The notes beneath the pieces were generated by a model. The model ran no database searches. It was not told the DNA's origin and worked only from the letters and a program-made list of their open reading frames with translations. 61,224 bases of DNA from IMG/VR virus record IMGVR_UViG_3300005253_000610, positions 1-61,224 of that record; one strand, written 5' to 3'. This document shows positions 10,125-19,980 of this stretch, in pieces; within the stretch, counting starts at the first letter, position 1, and each line of letters opens with the position of its first letter. The stretch is from a virus (taxonomy: Duplodnaviria > Caudoviricetes). The position numbers were made by a program, and so were the translations under genes.

Positions 10125-10946
10125 ATGGCCATCGGACTACCGACTATCGAAGAGGAACTCAACTCCCTTAAAGTGCGGCTAGATCAACTCCGTCCTACAG
10201 GATTGCAGGAGAACTTCTACATTGGTGGCGTCCATCGTGGGCGGATCAAATTATGGGATACGCTGACTGACGGATCAGCCTTCGCAAATGATGTACTTGC
10301 TATATCCCTAAAGTCTAGTGCAACTGCTAGCTTTAGTCATGTATTAGGGCTTAATGCAGCCGGACGGTTAGAACTTCCTACAGCGGGGTCCAGCGCAGGC
10401 ATTCTTGCAGGAGGTGATACACTGTGGTATCGCTCAGCAGCCGACACGTGGCGTACACCTGATAGTGTCATCATTGACGCTGCATTAACTGTTACAACAA
10501 CCTTCACACCACCAGATGAGAGTATTCTTTCCCGTTACCTAGCCCCTGTTATCATCCACGAAGCCTGTACAGGGGATGTAACCATCAACTCCACTACCGA
10601 TACTGATATTACAGGCTGTACAACAACCTTCACACCGGCCATCGCTTCGGTTGCTCTCGTTGTGGGTATGTATGACATTGATGGAACTCACGAGGGTGAG
10701 ATATTTGCGGGGGACTTAGACGTAGACGGGACAGACGAAAGCAGCTCAATGATTTACGAGGTAGCGACTGCTGGTAATGATCGGAAGACGATGCCGATGG
10801 TGTGGCTAGTCGCTTTGACAGCCGCCGAGCACACCTTGAAGCTCCAAGCCCGTCGCGTGGTAGGAGCAAATACCGCTACCGTACGTGCGACTCACACAAA
10901 ACTAGTAGTTCTGCTCTTAGGGGATGCGAACGCGACAATATCATAA
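10125..10946 (+). CDS. Putative tail fibre/receptor-binding protein
   Basis: N-terminal coiled coil, GDTLWYRSAADTWRT fibre-like motif, C-terminal jelly-roll-like segment (LTAAEHTLKLQAR). Confidence 0.6.
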   Translation: MAIGLPTIEEELNSLKVRLDQLRPTGLQENFYIGGVHRGRIKLWDTLTDGSAFANDVLAISLKSSATASFSHVLGLNAAGRLELPTAGSSAGILAGGDTLWYRSAADTWRTPDSVIIDAALTVTTTFTPPDESILSRYLAPVIIHEACTGDVTINSTTDTDITGCTTTFTPAIASVALVVGMYDIDGTHEGEIFAGDLDVDGTDESSSMIYEVATAGNDRKTMPMVWLVALTAAEHTLKLQARRVVGANTATVRATHTKLVVLLLGDANATIS

Positions 10947-11182
10947 TGGAACTTGATGACATCCAAAACGACATCCAAGAGCTAAAGGATTGGGCTGCAC
11001 GGCATGATGACAGCCACACGGCGGATACTAAGCTGCTAGCGTCCATACTAGACAGCCTAAGTACTCACGAACATAACCATCATGGATTGCGAACGACTCT
11101 AACCCGTGGCGGGGGGATCGCTGCCGGGGTCTCCGCTATCCTCATCGTCCTCGCTGAAGTCCTTACCCGCCTCATACTTTAG
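10946..11182 (+). CDS. Coiled-coil + C-terminal TM protein (holin/hemolysin-like)
   Basis: TAATG coupling at 10946; MELDDIQNDIQELK...GIAAGVSAILIVLAEVL. Confidence 0.55.
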   Translation: MELDDIQNDIQELKDWAARHDDSHTADTKLLASILDSLSTHEHNHHGLRTTLTRGGGIAAGVSAILIVLAEVLTRLIL

Positions 11183-11521
11183 CCTAGCCTTACGGTTCCG
11201 CCCATCTCTCGTGAGCCGCCTTGCTGCGCGATTAGGTCCAGCAATGGACTCTACATGAGCATCGTCCATGCCTGCTAGCCGTGCTTCAATATCTTCCATA
11301 CGCCAGTCAAGAGATTCAAGCTGTTGGTAGCCCTGCTCTACTTGGGCCTTCTCTACTTCCTGTGCATGGGGATCATTCTCAATATGTTGGACCACGATCA
11401 TTGTCCGTGATGCCCGTTCCTTGAGGGCTGTCAACTCCTGCATGAGATGATCACGGTGCTGCTTGGGATCAACCCGTGCAGCAAGGCTCTCTAGTAGGTT
11501 ACGTCGGTTCTTCTTGGACAT
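11099..11521 (-). CDS. Coiled-coil hypothetical protein
   Basis: ORF abutting the upstream gene; converges on and overlaps 10946..11182. Confidence 0.55.
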   Translation of the reverse strand: MSKKNRRNLLESLAARVDPKQHRDHLMQELTALKERASRTMIVVQHIENDPHAQEVEKAQVEQGYQQLESLDWRMEDIEARLAGMDDAHVESIAGPNRAARRLTRDGRNRKARLKYEAGKDFSEDDEDSGDPGSDPPATG

Positions 11522-11764
11522 TTAGTATACGTCTCCATTCTGGTCTATCTTTAGTTCTTCATATGCAGCAATTCGCCGTCTGTAAAGTTCCAGCTTCGCG
11601 CCTTCTAATGCGCCGAGGATGTCATTGTAGCTCTGGTAACTCTCACCATTGGATTCTAGGTACTCGACAGCCGTCATCGTTATCAGATAGTTTAGTTCCC
11701 CTGCGGTTTTAGGCGAGTGTCCACAGTCTAAGTGAAGCCGTCTGGATTTATCTATATACGGCAT
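11522..11764 (-). CDS. Conserved small phage protein (DUF6899-like)
   Basis: MPYI...GELNY.IT...YN..LGALE.AKLELYRR...YE..K..NGDVY. Confidence 0.7.
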   Translation of the reverse strand: MPYIDKSRRLHLDCGHSPKTAGELNYLITMTAVEYLESNGESYQSYNDILGALEGAKLELYRRRIAAYEELKIDQNGDVY

Positions 11765-11766
11765 GC

Positions 11767-12264
11767 CTATCCTCCCTGACCCCTCAACTTATGAGGTATA
11801 AATGACGGCACAAATGGCACGGCCTTCTCATCTGTAGGCAGAGGCGAGTCAATCCCCGCCGTCCGCTCGCTCTGCTTCCAGTCGATCACAAGCTTCTGAA
11901 ACATCACATGGCTGTAGACTGGAATTTCTATAGCATGCGCTCTGTCCCTCTCAGCCTTTGCACCTGACGAATCTCTCCAGCCTGGGATCAAGAGGAGGGC
12001 AGCAGCATGATCAAGAAGGCGGTTGTCGAGGTCATACCAATAGTCGGGTGATGCGTCTGGGGCTATCACCTCGAAGTGGGCGCTGTTCATGTGGGGACAG
12101 AAGAACGGAATCTGCTCTGTCGCTAATCTCCCTGCCCACAGACGCGCCTCGTTGATGTTCTGGTCAATCTCATAGAAGGACTGCCAAGTGCGGTCCCCCC
12201 CGTGAGCACGGTACGGGCCAGCTACGTACACGAAGCCCGTCTCTACTCCTGGTATTGCTACCAT
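11767..12264 (-). CDS. DUF4406/DUF1937-like protein (nucleoside deoxyribosyltransferase fold)
   Basis: VYVAGPY...PH.NS...LL.PGW.DS.GA.AE; SD GGAGGAGG before ATG 12264. Confidence 0.7.
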   Translation of the reverse strand: MVAIPGVETGFVYVAGPYRAHGGDRTWQSFYEIDQNINEARLWAGRLATEQIPFFCPHMNSAHFEVIAPDASPDYWYDLDNRLLDHAAALLLIPGWRDSSGAKAERDRAHAIEIPVYSHVMFQKLVIDWKQSERTAGIDSPLPTDEKAVPFVPSFIPHKLRGQGG

Positions 12265-12324
12265 ACTAATCCTCCTCCTGTGTAATCGCCTGCCAACGAT
12301 CATCTGTACCTATACACTGCTCCT

Positions 12325-12417
12325 CTAGCGCCCCTTTACTAGCTCGAACAGAGTGATCGCTATCGTTGCACCTACGGTACCCATAACAGCGTGGGCAAAG
12401 ATGGTTGTCCAGTCCAT
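12325..12417 (-). CDS. 30-aa TM micropeptide (lysis accessory?)
   Basis: MDWTTIFAHAVMGTVGATIAITLFELVKGR; TAATG-coupled to holin. Confidence 0.5.
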   Translation of the reverse strand: MDWTTIFAHAVMGTVGATIAITLFELVKGR

Positions 12418-12602
12418 TAGTCATTGCCCGCTTGCTTCATTATCTGGTAGCCACCTAGTAGTACGATAGCAGCGATTGCTTCCATAAGCACATCGGTAGT
12501 AACGATAGTAGGCACAGTTATAAACGCTCCTACTATCAGACCCACTATCGACAGCATCGCAGCCACCGCTCCAAATAGCTTTCTGCTAATTAGGTGCCCC
12601 AT
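12417..12602 (-). CDS. Putative holin
   Basis: SRKL motif followed by two TM helices, downstream of the amidase. Confidence 0.65.
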   Translation of the reverse strand: MGHLISRKLFGAVAAMLSIVGLIVGAFITVPTIVTTDVLMEAIAAIVLLGGYQIMKQAGND

Positions 12603-13032
12603 GTCTTACCTCCGTCAAATCAATGAACTCGTAACTACAGACGTTCCTAATGCTTTCCAATTCATCGGGCCGTGCGGGGAACCCAGCACAGAGATCAGGG
12701 CGCTCTGATGTTCCCATCAAATTACACTCCTTATCCGGCGTCAGTGCCTCGCACTCTATATACATAAACGCATCCAACCTCCCCTTCTCTGGATCATCAA
12801 TGATAATCAGCCCGTGTAGCTCGGCCCACTTTACCCAGTCATTGAACTTCTGCGGATGCGTCCGTAACCTGGGATCGAGCGGAATGATGATCTTTTCACA
12901 ACATGCGCCACAGCCCTCTGTACAGCCCCCCGTTCTCAAGGTGTCCTGAGCTGTGACGGTGGGCAATTCCGCCCGTAATCGGCCTGTGTGCTGTCTGGGG
13001 GCACTCTCAGGGGCAACACGGACTGTACTCAT
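12586..13032 (-). CDS. YkgJ-family Cys-cluster (Zn/Fe-S chelating) protein
   Basis: CxxxCGACC...C..L.....C......RP..C..FP. Confidence 0.75.
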   Translation of the reverse strand: MSTVRVAPESAPRQHTGRLRAELPTVTAQDTLRTGGCTEGCGACCEKIIIPLDPRLRTHPQKFNDWVKWAELHGLIIIDDPEKGRLDAFMYIECEALTPDKECNLMGTSERPDLCAGFPARPDELESIRNVCSYEFIDLTEVRHGAPN

Positions 13033-13033
13033 G

Positions 13034-13702
13034 CTACTTGATTCCCAAGTAGAGCATAACGTTCTTCAAATCAGTAGGTAGGCCAGCACCACGAAGGGCA
13101 CCGATAGCCACATGGACCGCTTGAATCTTACGGAACTTCTCCTGCGCCTTCAGCTCGTTTAGAACCTCACTCATATCTTCCTCCTCTGTTAGAATACGTT
13201 CTACTCGCGTACGGATCAGTCGACGGGGGATACGGTGAGAGGGGCAGGCCGTTGCAACGATCTCATGGTGCTCCCACAGCCCCTTGTTATCCCCTATTTG
13301 GCTTAGGTTAGCTATATGCCCTTGTTGGTATAGCCAAGCAGTTAGTTCTACTGTAGCAGTAAGCTGGGTAGAGGTAAGAGGCTCTGACTCGTTACCTATA
13401 GGTCCGCCCTCATGCTCAATACCGATCAGATCGCGGTTGTTACTGATCTCCCCAGCCGGATCATCCCTATCTCCACAGTGCCAAGCCCATGCTGTAACGG
13501 GATAGTGCTGCATCACAGCCCCGTTCTGTCTCACGCTAAAGTGCCACGAGCTTTCGGCTGGCCCCAACAGCTTACCATATGCAGATGCATAGGAGGACAC
13601 CATCGAGTGGTAGACTGCCCCCTTCTTAGCCTGTGGGGGACCGGATACCTTATAATCTGGACCGTAGGGACGACGCGCCTTTGGATACCAAAGTTCTGCC
13701 AT
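13034..13702 (-). CDS. N-acetylmuramoyl-L-alanine amidase (Amidase_2-type endolysin)
   Basis: V.HS, SWHF.V, AWHCG, N..LIGIEHEG, H.E..ATACP. Confidence 0.85.
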   Translation of the reverse strand: MAELWYPKARRPYGPDYKVSGPPQAKKGAVYHSMVSSYASAYGKLLGPAESSWHFSVRQNGAVMQHYPVTAWAWHCGDRDDPAGEISNNRDLIGIEHEGGPIGNESEPLTSTQLTATVELTAWLYQQGHIANLSQIGDNKGLWEHHEIVATACPSHRIPRRLIRTRVERILTEEEDMSEVLNELKAQEKFRKIQAVHVAIGALRGAGLPTDLKNVMLYLGIK

Positions 13703-13735
13703 TCGTACCTCCTAGTTGAAGTATAGCATGTTGGG

Positions 13736-13951
13736 CTAATCGTTGTCTAGGGCTTCCTTCTTCCATTTCTTGTTCAGCGCCTCCCATATCTCCGCCTCAC
13801 GTTCGATTTGTCTGATTGCAGCTCTTTGTATGCTCTTCATAAACTCATCCATACGCTTCTGTTCAGCTTCCGTTCGCTTCGGTTCTGGTAGAGGAACACC
13901 GTTCAGGTAATCATAGGCACGCTGTAAGTGTTCCTCAGTAAGACGCACCAT
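13736..13951 (-). CDS. Hypothetical protein
   Basis: ORF with SD GGAGG. Confidence 0.5.
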   Translation of the reverse strand: MVRLTEEHLQRAYDYLNGVPLPEPKRTEAEQKRMDEFMKSIQRAAIRQIEREAEIWEALNKKWKKEALDND

Positions 13952-14723
13952 AGCGCCTCCACCTGCTAGCCGACAGGTTAATAAACCCTTTCAACTTCTC
14001 AAACGCCTGTCCTAGTGTCTCCACATCAATCTGACAGTGGTCCACGATGTAGGCTACTGACTCCTGATCCCCCGCCAGCGCACGTACCCAGATAGGGCCA
14101 ACCACCCGCGTCTTCTCCGACTCACCAAAGAGCGTCTCAAGGAGGACAACTAGGCGGTTGCTGTGCATCTTCAACTTAAAGCGGGCAGTGTAGTAGAGGT
14201 CAATGTGGCGTATCTGATTGATAGGCCGTTCGCCATGGATGATGAGACGGGTGTTTACGAAGGGAATGTCAAACTTTGTACCATAATATGTGCATACATA
14301 ATCTAGGCTTTCGAGATAATCACGCATCGCCACAACTGCCTGGTGATCGTCAATGATCCCCTGCTCGTCTCTCCCTGCTACCCACGTATGCACCTCACCG
14401 TTGCGATCCTTCACACAGGCGCAGAGGATCAGGCCAATGTTAGCGTCCAGGTTCGAGGACTCGATATCAAAGAACCCGATCTTACTCTTATCCAATAGCC
14501 ATGCGTTCTTAGCCTGTGAATTATCTAGGTTGTGCAGCTTACGACGTTCCTGTAGCCCCCATAAGGTTTCAGGATCACTAGGGCCTGGCTCAGTCAGCCG
14601 CTTCGCAGAGTTCTCTGCCTTCCGCTTGCATTTATGATCGCTACAGTATTTAGCATTATGTGACCCTGGTGTAAACTGGCAACACCTGTCATACCAGCAC
14701 CAGATCATGGGGTTTGTAGACAT
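13935..14723 (-). CDS. RNase H-like 3'-5' exonuclease (YprB/RNase_H_2-like) with N-terminal Cys cluster
   Basis: FFDIES, YYGTKFDIPF, HIDLY, HCQIDV. Confidence 0.8.
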   Translation of the reverse strand: MSTNPMIWCWYDRCCQFTPGSHNAKYCSDHKCKRKAENSAKRLTEPGPSDPETLWGLQERRKLHNLDNSQAKNAWLLDKSKIGFFDIESSNLDANIGLILCACVKDRNGEVHTWVAGRDEQGIIDDHQAVVAMRDYLESLDYVCTYYGTKFDIPFVNTRLIIHGERPINQIRHIDLYYTARFKLKMHSNRLVVLLETLFGESEKTRVVGPIWVRALAGDQESVAYIVDHCQIDVETLGQAFEKLKGFINLSASRWRRYGASY

Positions 14724-15145
14724 TACTTCACCACCTCAATTGCGTTTCGTTTGGGATACTTCAGGCGTAAGAGACAGCGTGTTACAATATCGCATAGTTC
14801 TTCCATCTGATCTGTAAACCTCTCCGGAGTCTCATCATTCGTATGGTTTTTTAGAATAACCTCTAGGGGCATGACAAAGATATGTAGCAACTCATGTAAG
14901 AGCATGTATTCAACGTCATATTCTGTGCCCCCAAGATACGAGGTATCAATATACACTTCGACGCGGCGGTATGGGAATTGTACCTCAATCCGTGCTCCTT
15001 CTGCATGTCCCCCAGCGGTTGTGCCTTTTAACTTGTTAAGCCGAAATGATATCTCCCATGTTTGGGACAGTCCAAGAAACTCGGCCCACCATATTAGATA
15101 CTTACTAATCTGCTGCTCAAGTTTCTGTCTCTTCGTCTGCGCCAA
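14723..15145 (-). CDS. Zincin-like metalloprotease
   Basis: LLHELLH plus downstream E (MEELCD). Confidence 0.7.
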   Translation of the reverse strand: MAQTKRQKLEQQISKYLIWWAEFLGLSQTWEISFRLNKLKGTTAGGHAEGARIEVQFPYRRVEVYIDTSYLGGTEYDVEYMLLHELLHIFVMPLEVILKNHTNDETPERFTDQMEELCDIVTRCLLRLKYPKRNAIEVVK

Positions 15146-15509
15146 CCTTAGCCTCCTCTCCTACTCCTAAGTATACCATATTCGCCGCCACCATGCAGTC
15201 ATAGAGGAGCATTCTCTCAAGGAATGCCTGCTTTGTCGGCTCGCCGGGGACATGCTTTAGTATCTCTGCATGACGCTCTAGATCAGTTATAATTGGGGGA
15301 GATTGTGGTATCCCAGTTTTAATAGTCTGACGCGCAAGAATAACCCTATCAAACCCCATCTTCTGTAACTTAGATGCGAGATGGGCTACAGGATCGCCTG
15401 TCCGTACCTCCCACTCCCATCCTTTATCGTCAACTACTCGCATAAGGCCATCATCATATCCGCAAGACAGGGCATACAGAGGGTTGTGATGCCAAGGACA
15501 TGGGCGCAC
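15117..15509 (-). CDS. Hypothetical protein
   Basis: GTG start with SD GGAG. Confidence 0.5.
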   Translation of the reverse strand: MRPCPWHHNPLYALSCGYDDGLMRVVDDKGWEWEVRTGDPVAHLASKLQKMGFDRVILARQTIKTGIPQSPPIITDLERHAEILKHVPGEPTKQAFLERMLLYDCMVAANMVYLGVGEEAKVGADEETET

Positions 15510-15545
15510 TTACGCTCCTGCTTACAGCGATCACATACTGCGGAT

Positions 15546-15905
15546 TCAATCTGGATTGGCATTCTTCAGCTCCGGTATTTGAATTACATCCCCAATAGAG
15601 GGAAGGGCATTATCGCTTAACAGAGGTGCAAGGGTACTCACAAAATCAAGATGTTCGGCCATCTCCGGCCCCCAAACCTCCTCCATCCAATTGTTATCCC
15701 TCTTACGGGTGCGCCTCTGCCACCAGTAGGCTAACCTCCTCTTCCAACTAAGGAGATGGGGAACAGCCGGACCACAATTGGGACACTTCCCATTCCTATA
15801 TGGGAGAACGGGAAGCTCTGCCTCATCATATCCTTCATCATTTGTGAACCAGTCACATTGCGTGCAGCGAATTGTATATTCATAGGTTATCTCAGTCTTT
15901 AGCAT
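15546..15905 (-). CDS. Zinc-finger hypothetical protein
   Basis: CTQC...CPNCG. Confidence 0.5.
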   Translation of the reverse strand: MLKTEITYEYTIRCTQCDWFTNDEGYDEAELPVLPYRNGKCPNCGPAVPHLLSWKRRLAYWWQRRTRKRDNNWMEEVWGPEMAEHLDFVSTLAPLLSDNALPSIGDVIQIPELKNANPD

Positions 15906-16555
15906 TAGTCTCCCCACCTGTAACAGATGTAATAAGCATGTGCCCGTCGGAAGTGATACTGATTCTTCCAGCGGGGATCACGCATTCGCGCAGCCGGACT
16001 TACCTGTAGTAACACATCCTCAGGCCACAGCCCTAATAGCCGATCTCCGATGTTCATTACCTGATACGTCCACCAATTCGGGTGTTGGGAAGTGATCAGG
16101 TCTTGTCCTTTGAGAATCATTCCATGTCGTGCAATACGGCGCATCTCCTGCATAGCTACAACAGTCTGCTGATAAAGCTGTTTGCTATTACGTGGCGCGT
16201 TGATACGGGGATCATTACCTGTAGTTACTCCTAAAAAGAAGCGTTTTGCACCAATGATGCCCCGCAGTCCTGGCGAGAAGATAAAAGGCGGATCAAAGAT
16301 CGCAACCTCAACAGACTGATCTTTAAGGGGTACGTAACAATAGCTGGCCTGGACCTCTGCACCCCCTATTGGTTCAAGGTCTAACTTGACAACGTCTGGT
16401 AGTACCATGTCATCTGATGGCCACTTCCAAAACCGCCCCTTCCCATATGTAAGATCGGCAACCGTCTTAGCATTAGGATAGATGATCCGAAAGCAGTCTT
16501 CGATACATGCTCCTGATGTACCACGACGAATCGTCTCAAGCCCTAAGTATGGCAT
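15905..16555 (-). CDS. SAM-dependent amino-methyltransferase-like protein
   Basis: ADLTYGKGRFW (motif I-like), IFDPPF (motif IV). Confidence 0.75.
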   Translation of the reverse strand: MPYLGLETIRRGTSGACIEDCFRIIYPNAKTVADLTYGKGRFWKWPSDDMVLPDVVKLDLEPIGGAEVQASYCYVPLKDQSVEVAIFDPPFIFSPGLRGIIGAKRFFLGVTTGNDPRINAPRNSKQLYQQTVVAMQEMRRIARHGMILKGQDLITSQHPNWWTYQVMNIGDRLLGLWPEDVLLQVSPAARMRDPRWKNQYHFRRAHAYYICYRWGD

Positions 16556-16983
16556 ATATCACCACCCGCTAACATGTTAAGGAGATCGTCTTCATGGAAG
16601 AATACTCCATTAGCAAACCTGTACATAAGGTCAAACCTCTCAGGCTCTCGATCAAACACCACGTATCCCGGCTTCCCTTGTCCAATCATATATCCCAACT
16701 CTAAGTGGCTCGACTTCCCTGCGGGCAATAGGAGGACTGCTATTTCAGCAGCGTCCATATGTTCCCTGTCCCAATAAAAGATATTGTCTGCTGCTTCACC
16801 ATAGAGGGCTTCAACATATGACCTCCCACGTGTCACCTCGTATTGCTGCCAACAATCGTCGGCCCGCTCGCCCGCACCCCACCAGTCATCGAAGACATCA
16901 AACCCAGCAGCACGAAGGCGGTTACCAAGAAGGGGTACTTTCGGGTTTCGGAGTGATCCAATCAACTGTATCTTCATTGCCAT
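16543..16983 (-). CDS. Nucleoside 2-deoxyribosyltransferase/TIR-like protein
   Basis: LIGS.RN, D.EHMD.A...VLLLPAGKSSHLELGY..GQGK. Confidence 0.7.
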   Translation of the reverse strand: MAMKIQLIGSLRNPKVPLLGNRLRAAGFDVFDDWWGAGERADDCWQQYEVTRGRSYVEALYGEAADNIFYWDREHMDAAEIAVLLLPAGKSSHLELGYMIGQGKPGYVVFDREPERFDLMYRFANGVFFHEDDLLNMLAGGDICHT

Positions 16984-17726
16984 TTCTTTGTAATCTCCTC
17001 AACAAATGCCTTCACACGTTTGGGGCCAAGACCATCTACCGTCCTACAAAAGTCCTTAGCAGGTAGCGTTGTCGCAGCAATGTATATACCCAACACACTA
17101 CCATACTCTTCTAACATCGCTGTTGCAGTCTCAGGCCCAATACCATCAAACGCACACAGGCTCCATACTGCATTCTTATACTCCCCATCCAACGTCAGTA
17201 CCTCTGGCCTAGTCCGCTGCCTCAACCATTTATGCTCACTCTTTGACAAGTTCACAGCAAGCCGTGCAATCTCCCTAGCTGCATCACCAGCATTAGGACA
17301 GTCGATGAAGTCTATACCTAGAAGCATCACATCAGCCTTGATAGCCTGGAAGGAATCCCAGTTCCAGCCTGACCGTACCCACCCGTTACTGTCAGCTTGC
17401 GGGTGCTTAGGTGCCTGGTACGCTACCTGTCCTGCGTCCTCTGTGTACCTCCCACGTACCATGATAAAGGCGATGTCCCCTGTATTTGCCAGGCCGTGTG
17501 CCTGTGCTACTAGGCGTTTAGACGTGAGCTTACCAAGGAGATCGGATACCGTGCTGAGTTCAATGAGAACGGTTAGCCCATGTGCAAAGAAGGCATAGTC
17601 TCCATACTGTAACCTACTTACTACTGCTTGTAAGCCGTAGGATTGGAGGGAGACAGCCATGTGCTCTGGTTCACGGTCATCTACGATGATGAGGGGCGCG
17701 GTGGGAGTAGCCTTAGCTTTGGTCAT
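16974..17726 (-). CDS. ERCC4/XPF-family nuclease with HhH motifs
   Basis: VDDREP, L.YGDY, IELSTVSDL, DGIGP, DGLGPKR. Confidence 0.8.
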   Translation of the reverse strand: MTKAKATPTAPLIIVDDREPEHMAVSLQSYGLQAVVSRLQYGDYAFFAHGLTVLIELSTVSDLLGKLTSKRLVAQAHGLANTGDIAFIMVRGRYTEDAGQVAYQAPKHPQADSNGWVRSGWNWDSFQAIKADVMLLGIDFIDCPNAGDAAREIARLAVNLSKSEHKWLRQRTRPEVLTLDGEYKNAVWSLCAFDGIGPETATAMLEEYGSVLGIYIAATTLPAKDFCRTVDGLGPKRVKAFVEEITKKWQ

Positions 17727-18240
17727 CTGACACCTTTCTAAAAATACAGCAAGCCCGCAGCCGATGCCACACCCGCGTTGCAACAAGGATACGCATGAAG
17801 TATTCAGTTTGATCTGGGCGAGGTGTTACAGTTACATGATAAGACGCAATGAAACCACCAACCTGTGTTACACGAACGGCTTCCCGTATATAATCCTTGT
17901 AAACAATAGGGGGCGTCTTGTACATACGCGCCGACTCCTCTGCGCTATACGGAGGGTCAGCAATAGTAAGCATAAACACGTTGTCCTTAAAGGGCAATCT
18001 ATGGGCATCTCCTTGCACATCAGGTGGCGTCCAAGCCAAGTTCGGATGATTAGAGTAAGGATGTGTACGCCGCATATCTATACGAAGCCCATACTCAGCC
18101 ATACCCCCAAATTGATTAAGTATAGGGTGGGGGTTATCTAATACACGTACTAACTTTTTCTCGAAATGGAGCGGCCAGCTTCCGGGATAGGCGTCTTGTC
18201 GTGGCCGTGGTAGTACCCAAGCAAGTGTTGGAACAGCCAT
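17713..18240 (-). CDS. Small SAM-dependent methyltransferase-like protein
   Basis: GDAHRLPF, IADPPY, EAVRVTQVGG. Confidence 0.7.
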   Translation of the reverse strand: MAVPTLAWVLPRPRQDAYPGSWPLHFEKKLVRVLDNPHPILNQFGGMAEYGLRIDMRRTHPYSNHPNLAWTPPDVQGDAHRLPFKDNVFMLTIADPPYSAEESARMYKTPPIVYKDYIREAVRVTQVGGFIASYHVTVTPRPDQTEYFMRILVATRVWHRLRACCIFRKVSDDQS

Positions 18241-18930
18241 TTACTCAGTGTCTCCTGGTATAATCTGCACAGGTTCAGCAGTTCGCACTAGCTTATCCCC
18301 TACCTCATACACGTGCTCTCCTGTATGCCCAACACGGGGGCCAGTGTGGACGAAGATTCTCTCCTTACCTAATACTTCATATACTAAATCACAGAAGGCC
18401 CAGTCCCCACTAAGCCTATTGCCATGGAGAAAGAAGAACGGCCAATACAGGCCGTCCGTTTCAAGAAGGGTACGGCTCAATTCCTCAAGTATGGTACGGG
18501 GGATTGCAATCAGCCCTGTGGATACATAGTCACACTCAATCGTATCATCCTTACCAATTGTGATCATAACTTGTGTATCCATGTCGAGAGTTGGGCGGAA
18601 GGTAAGATCGAGGCCGAATGCCCGCTTAGAGTGTATTGCTGCTACGACTGCGCCCTTATCCCATGCTGACTCCGCAAGTTTTTGTAAACTCCCTTCATCC
18701 CATGAGATATCATGGTCACACATGAGAAGGATATCCCCATATCGTGGGTCTTCCAAGAACTGACTGGCTGCTATCGATCTACTGCGGATGATGAGGGGAT
18801 CATTCCCTGCCCACGCTAGGCCGAGCTGGGGCCATTGGCGGAGGTCACGGACTATAGACATATGAGTCTTGGGGAGGACCTCACGATAGGCCATCAGCAT
18901 TAAAGTAGACTTAGGTAGTACGTTCGACAT
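18241..18930 (-). CDS. GT-A (GT2-like) glycosyltransferase
   Basis: RSR...FL, LLMCDHD (DxD), TGLIAIPR, GDWAFC, VGHTG. Confidence 0.75.
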   Translation of the reverse strand: MSNVLPKSTLMLMAYREVLPKTHMSIVRDLRQWPQLGLAWAGNDPLIIRSRSIAASQFLEDPRYGDILLMCDHDISWDEGSLQKLAESAWDKGAVVAAIHSKRAFGLDLTFRPTLDMDTQVMITIGKDDTIECDYVSTGLIAIPRTILEELSRTLLETDGLYWPFFFLHGNRLSGDWAFCDLVYEVLGKERIFVHTGPRVGHTGEHVYEVGDKLVRTAEPVQIIPGDTE

Positions 18931-19138
18931 TGCATACCTCCCAATCTTTCAGTGTGGTTATACAAACAGTAGCAATATCTGCCAATGCATTCAGTAATTT
19001 GTCAACGTGTTCGTCTGTCTGGCGCACGGTGCCAACCCCACCACACCAATGACAGTCTATTGTAACCCACTCTCGTTCCCATGTCCTGGACATATAACCC
19101 TGCACTGTACGATCTCCGTTACACCGTGGACAGATCAT
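18911..19138 (-). CDS. DnaJ-type zinc-finger small protein
   Basis: CPRCNG...CHWCGGVG. Confidence 0.65.
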   Translation of the reverse strand: MICPRCNGDRTVQGYMSRTWEREWVTIDCHWCGGVGTVRQTDEHVDKLLNALADIATVCITTLKDWEVCNVERTT

Positions 19139-19977
19139 CGTAACGCCTCCTCATTAGGAAACTTCCCCCTCGCATAGAAACTGTACACCATCTCAAACGT
19201 AGGAGATTCCAACTTCATCCCCTCCAGTGCCGTATCCCGACCGAACTTCAGGAATTGTCCAAAGTGTTTCCGTCCTACGTGCGCTCTACAATCAGGAGCA
19301 CTACAGGTACTACACTCCTTCGTCAGGTCTAGGCGAACCTCTACAATATACGGCACCTTGTTATTCTGCTTCGCCCTATATTTCCCAGGTATCGGTCCCT
19401 GTGCGTCCCACTCCTGCGCCTTCGTATGCGTAATGATAAGAAACGCGCCCTGATTCTTGATCCAATTCAGGACACCAGATACGATGAGGTTAGCCTGCCC
19501 ATACTCCAGTCCGCCCCGCTTCTTCCCCCCTTCTCTCTCTCGCTTCTCCTGCTCAGGCGCTACATATACTTCCTGCACTACATCCCAAAATGTAGAGCCT
19601 GAGTCTATGATAAACGTTCCTCCAGCAAGTTTGCCATCCGATAGATGTTCTTGCGCCACTTCTGCTAACGCATGTAGTGCATCCTTACCTTCCGGGCGCG
19701 TCCATCCTCCGCTTCCTTTTGCGTGGAACGCATATAGGACGGTGCGTTCACGACGCTCTGCGCTCATATCATAAAGAAGCGGTGTAGCATCTCTGTCCCC
19801 AAAGTTCACATGCACGATAGGCGTGGGACAGGTAAGTAATCCGAAGTAGGTCTTCCCTGTCCCCTCTAAGCCCTCTACAGATGTAGCAAACGTAATCGGA
19901 TCACCATTCGCCACAATATCTACGGCTTTGATTGCCCCATACTTTTCCTGTACCTCTTCAACTGTTGGCATCTTCAC
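19135..19977 (-). CDS. AAA_24/Sak4-like ATPase (putative recombinase)
   Basis: GLEGTGKT Walker A, IIDS Walker B, IITH; next to exonuclease. Confidence 0.7.
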   Translation of the reverse strand: MKMPTVEEVQEKYGAIKAVDIVANGDPITFATSVEGLEGTGKTYFGLLTCPTPIVHVNFGDRDATPLLYDMSAERRERTVLYAFHAKGSGGWTRPEGKDALHALAEVAQEHLSDGKLAGGTFIIDSGSTFWDVVQEVYVAPEQEKREREGGKKRGGLEYGQANLIVSGVLNWIKNQGAFLIITHTKAQEWDAQGPIPGKYRAKQNNKVPYIVEVRLDLTKECSTCSAPDCRAHVGRKHFGQFLKFGRDTALEGMKLESPTFEMVYSFYARGKFPNEEALR

Positions 19978-19980
19978 CTC

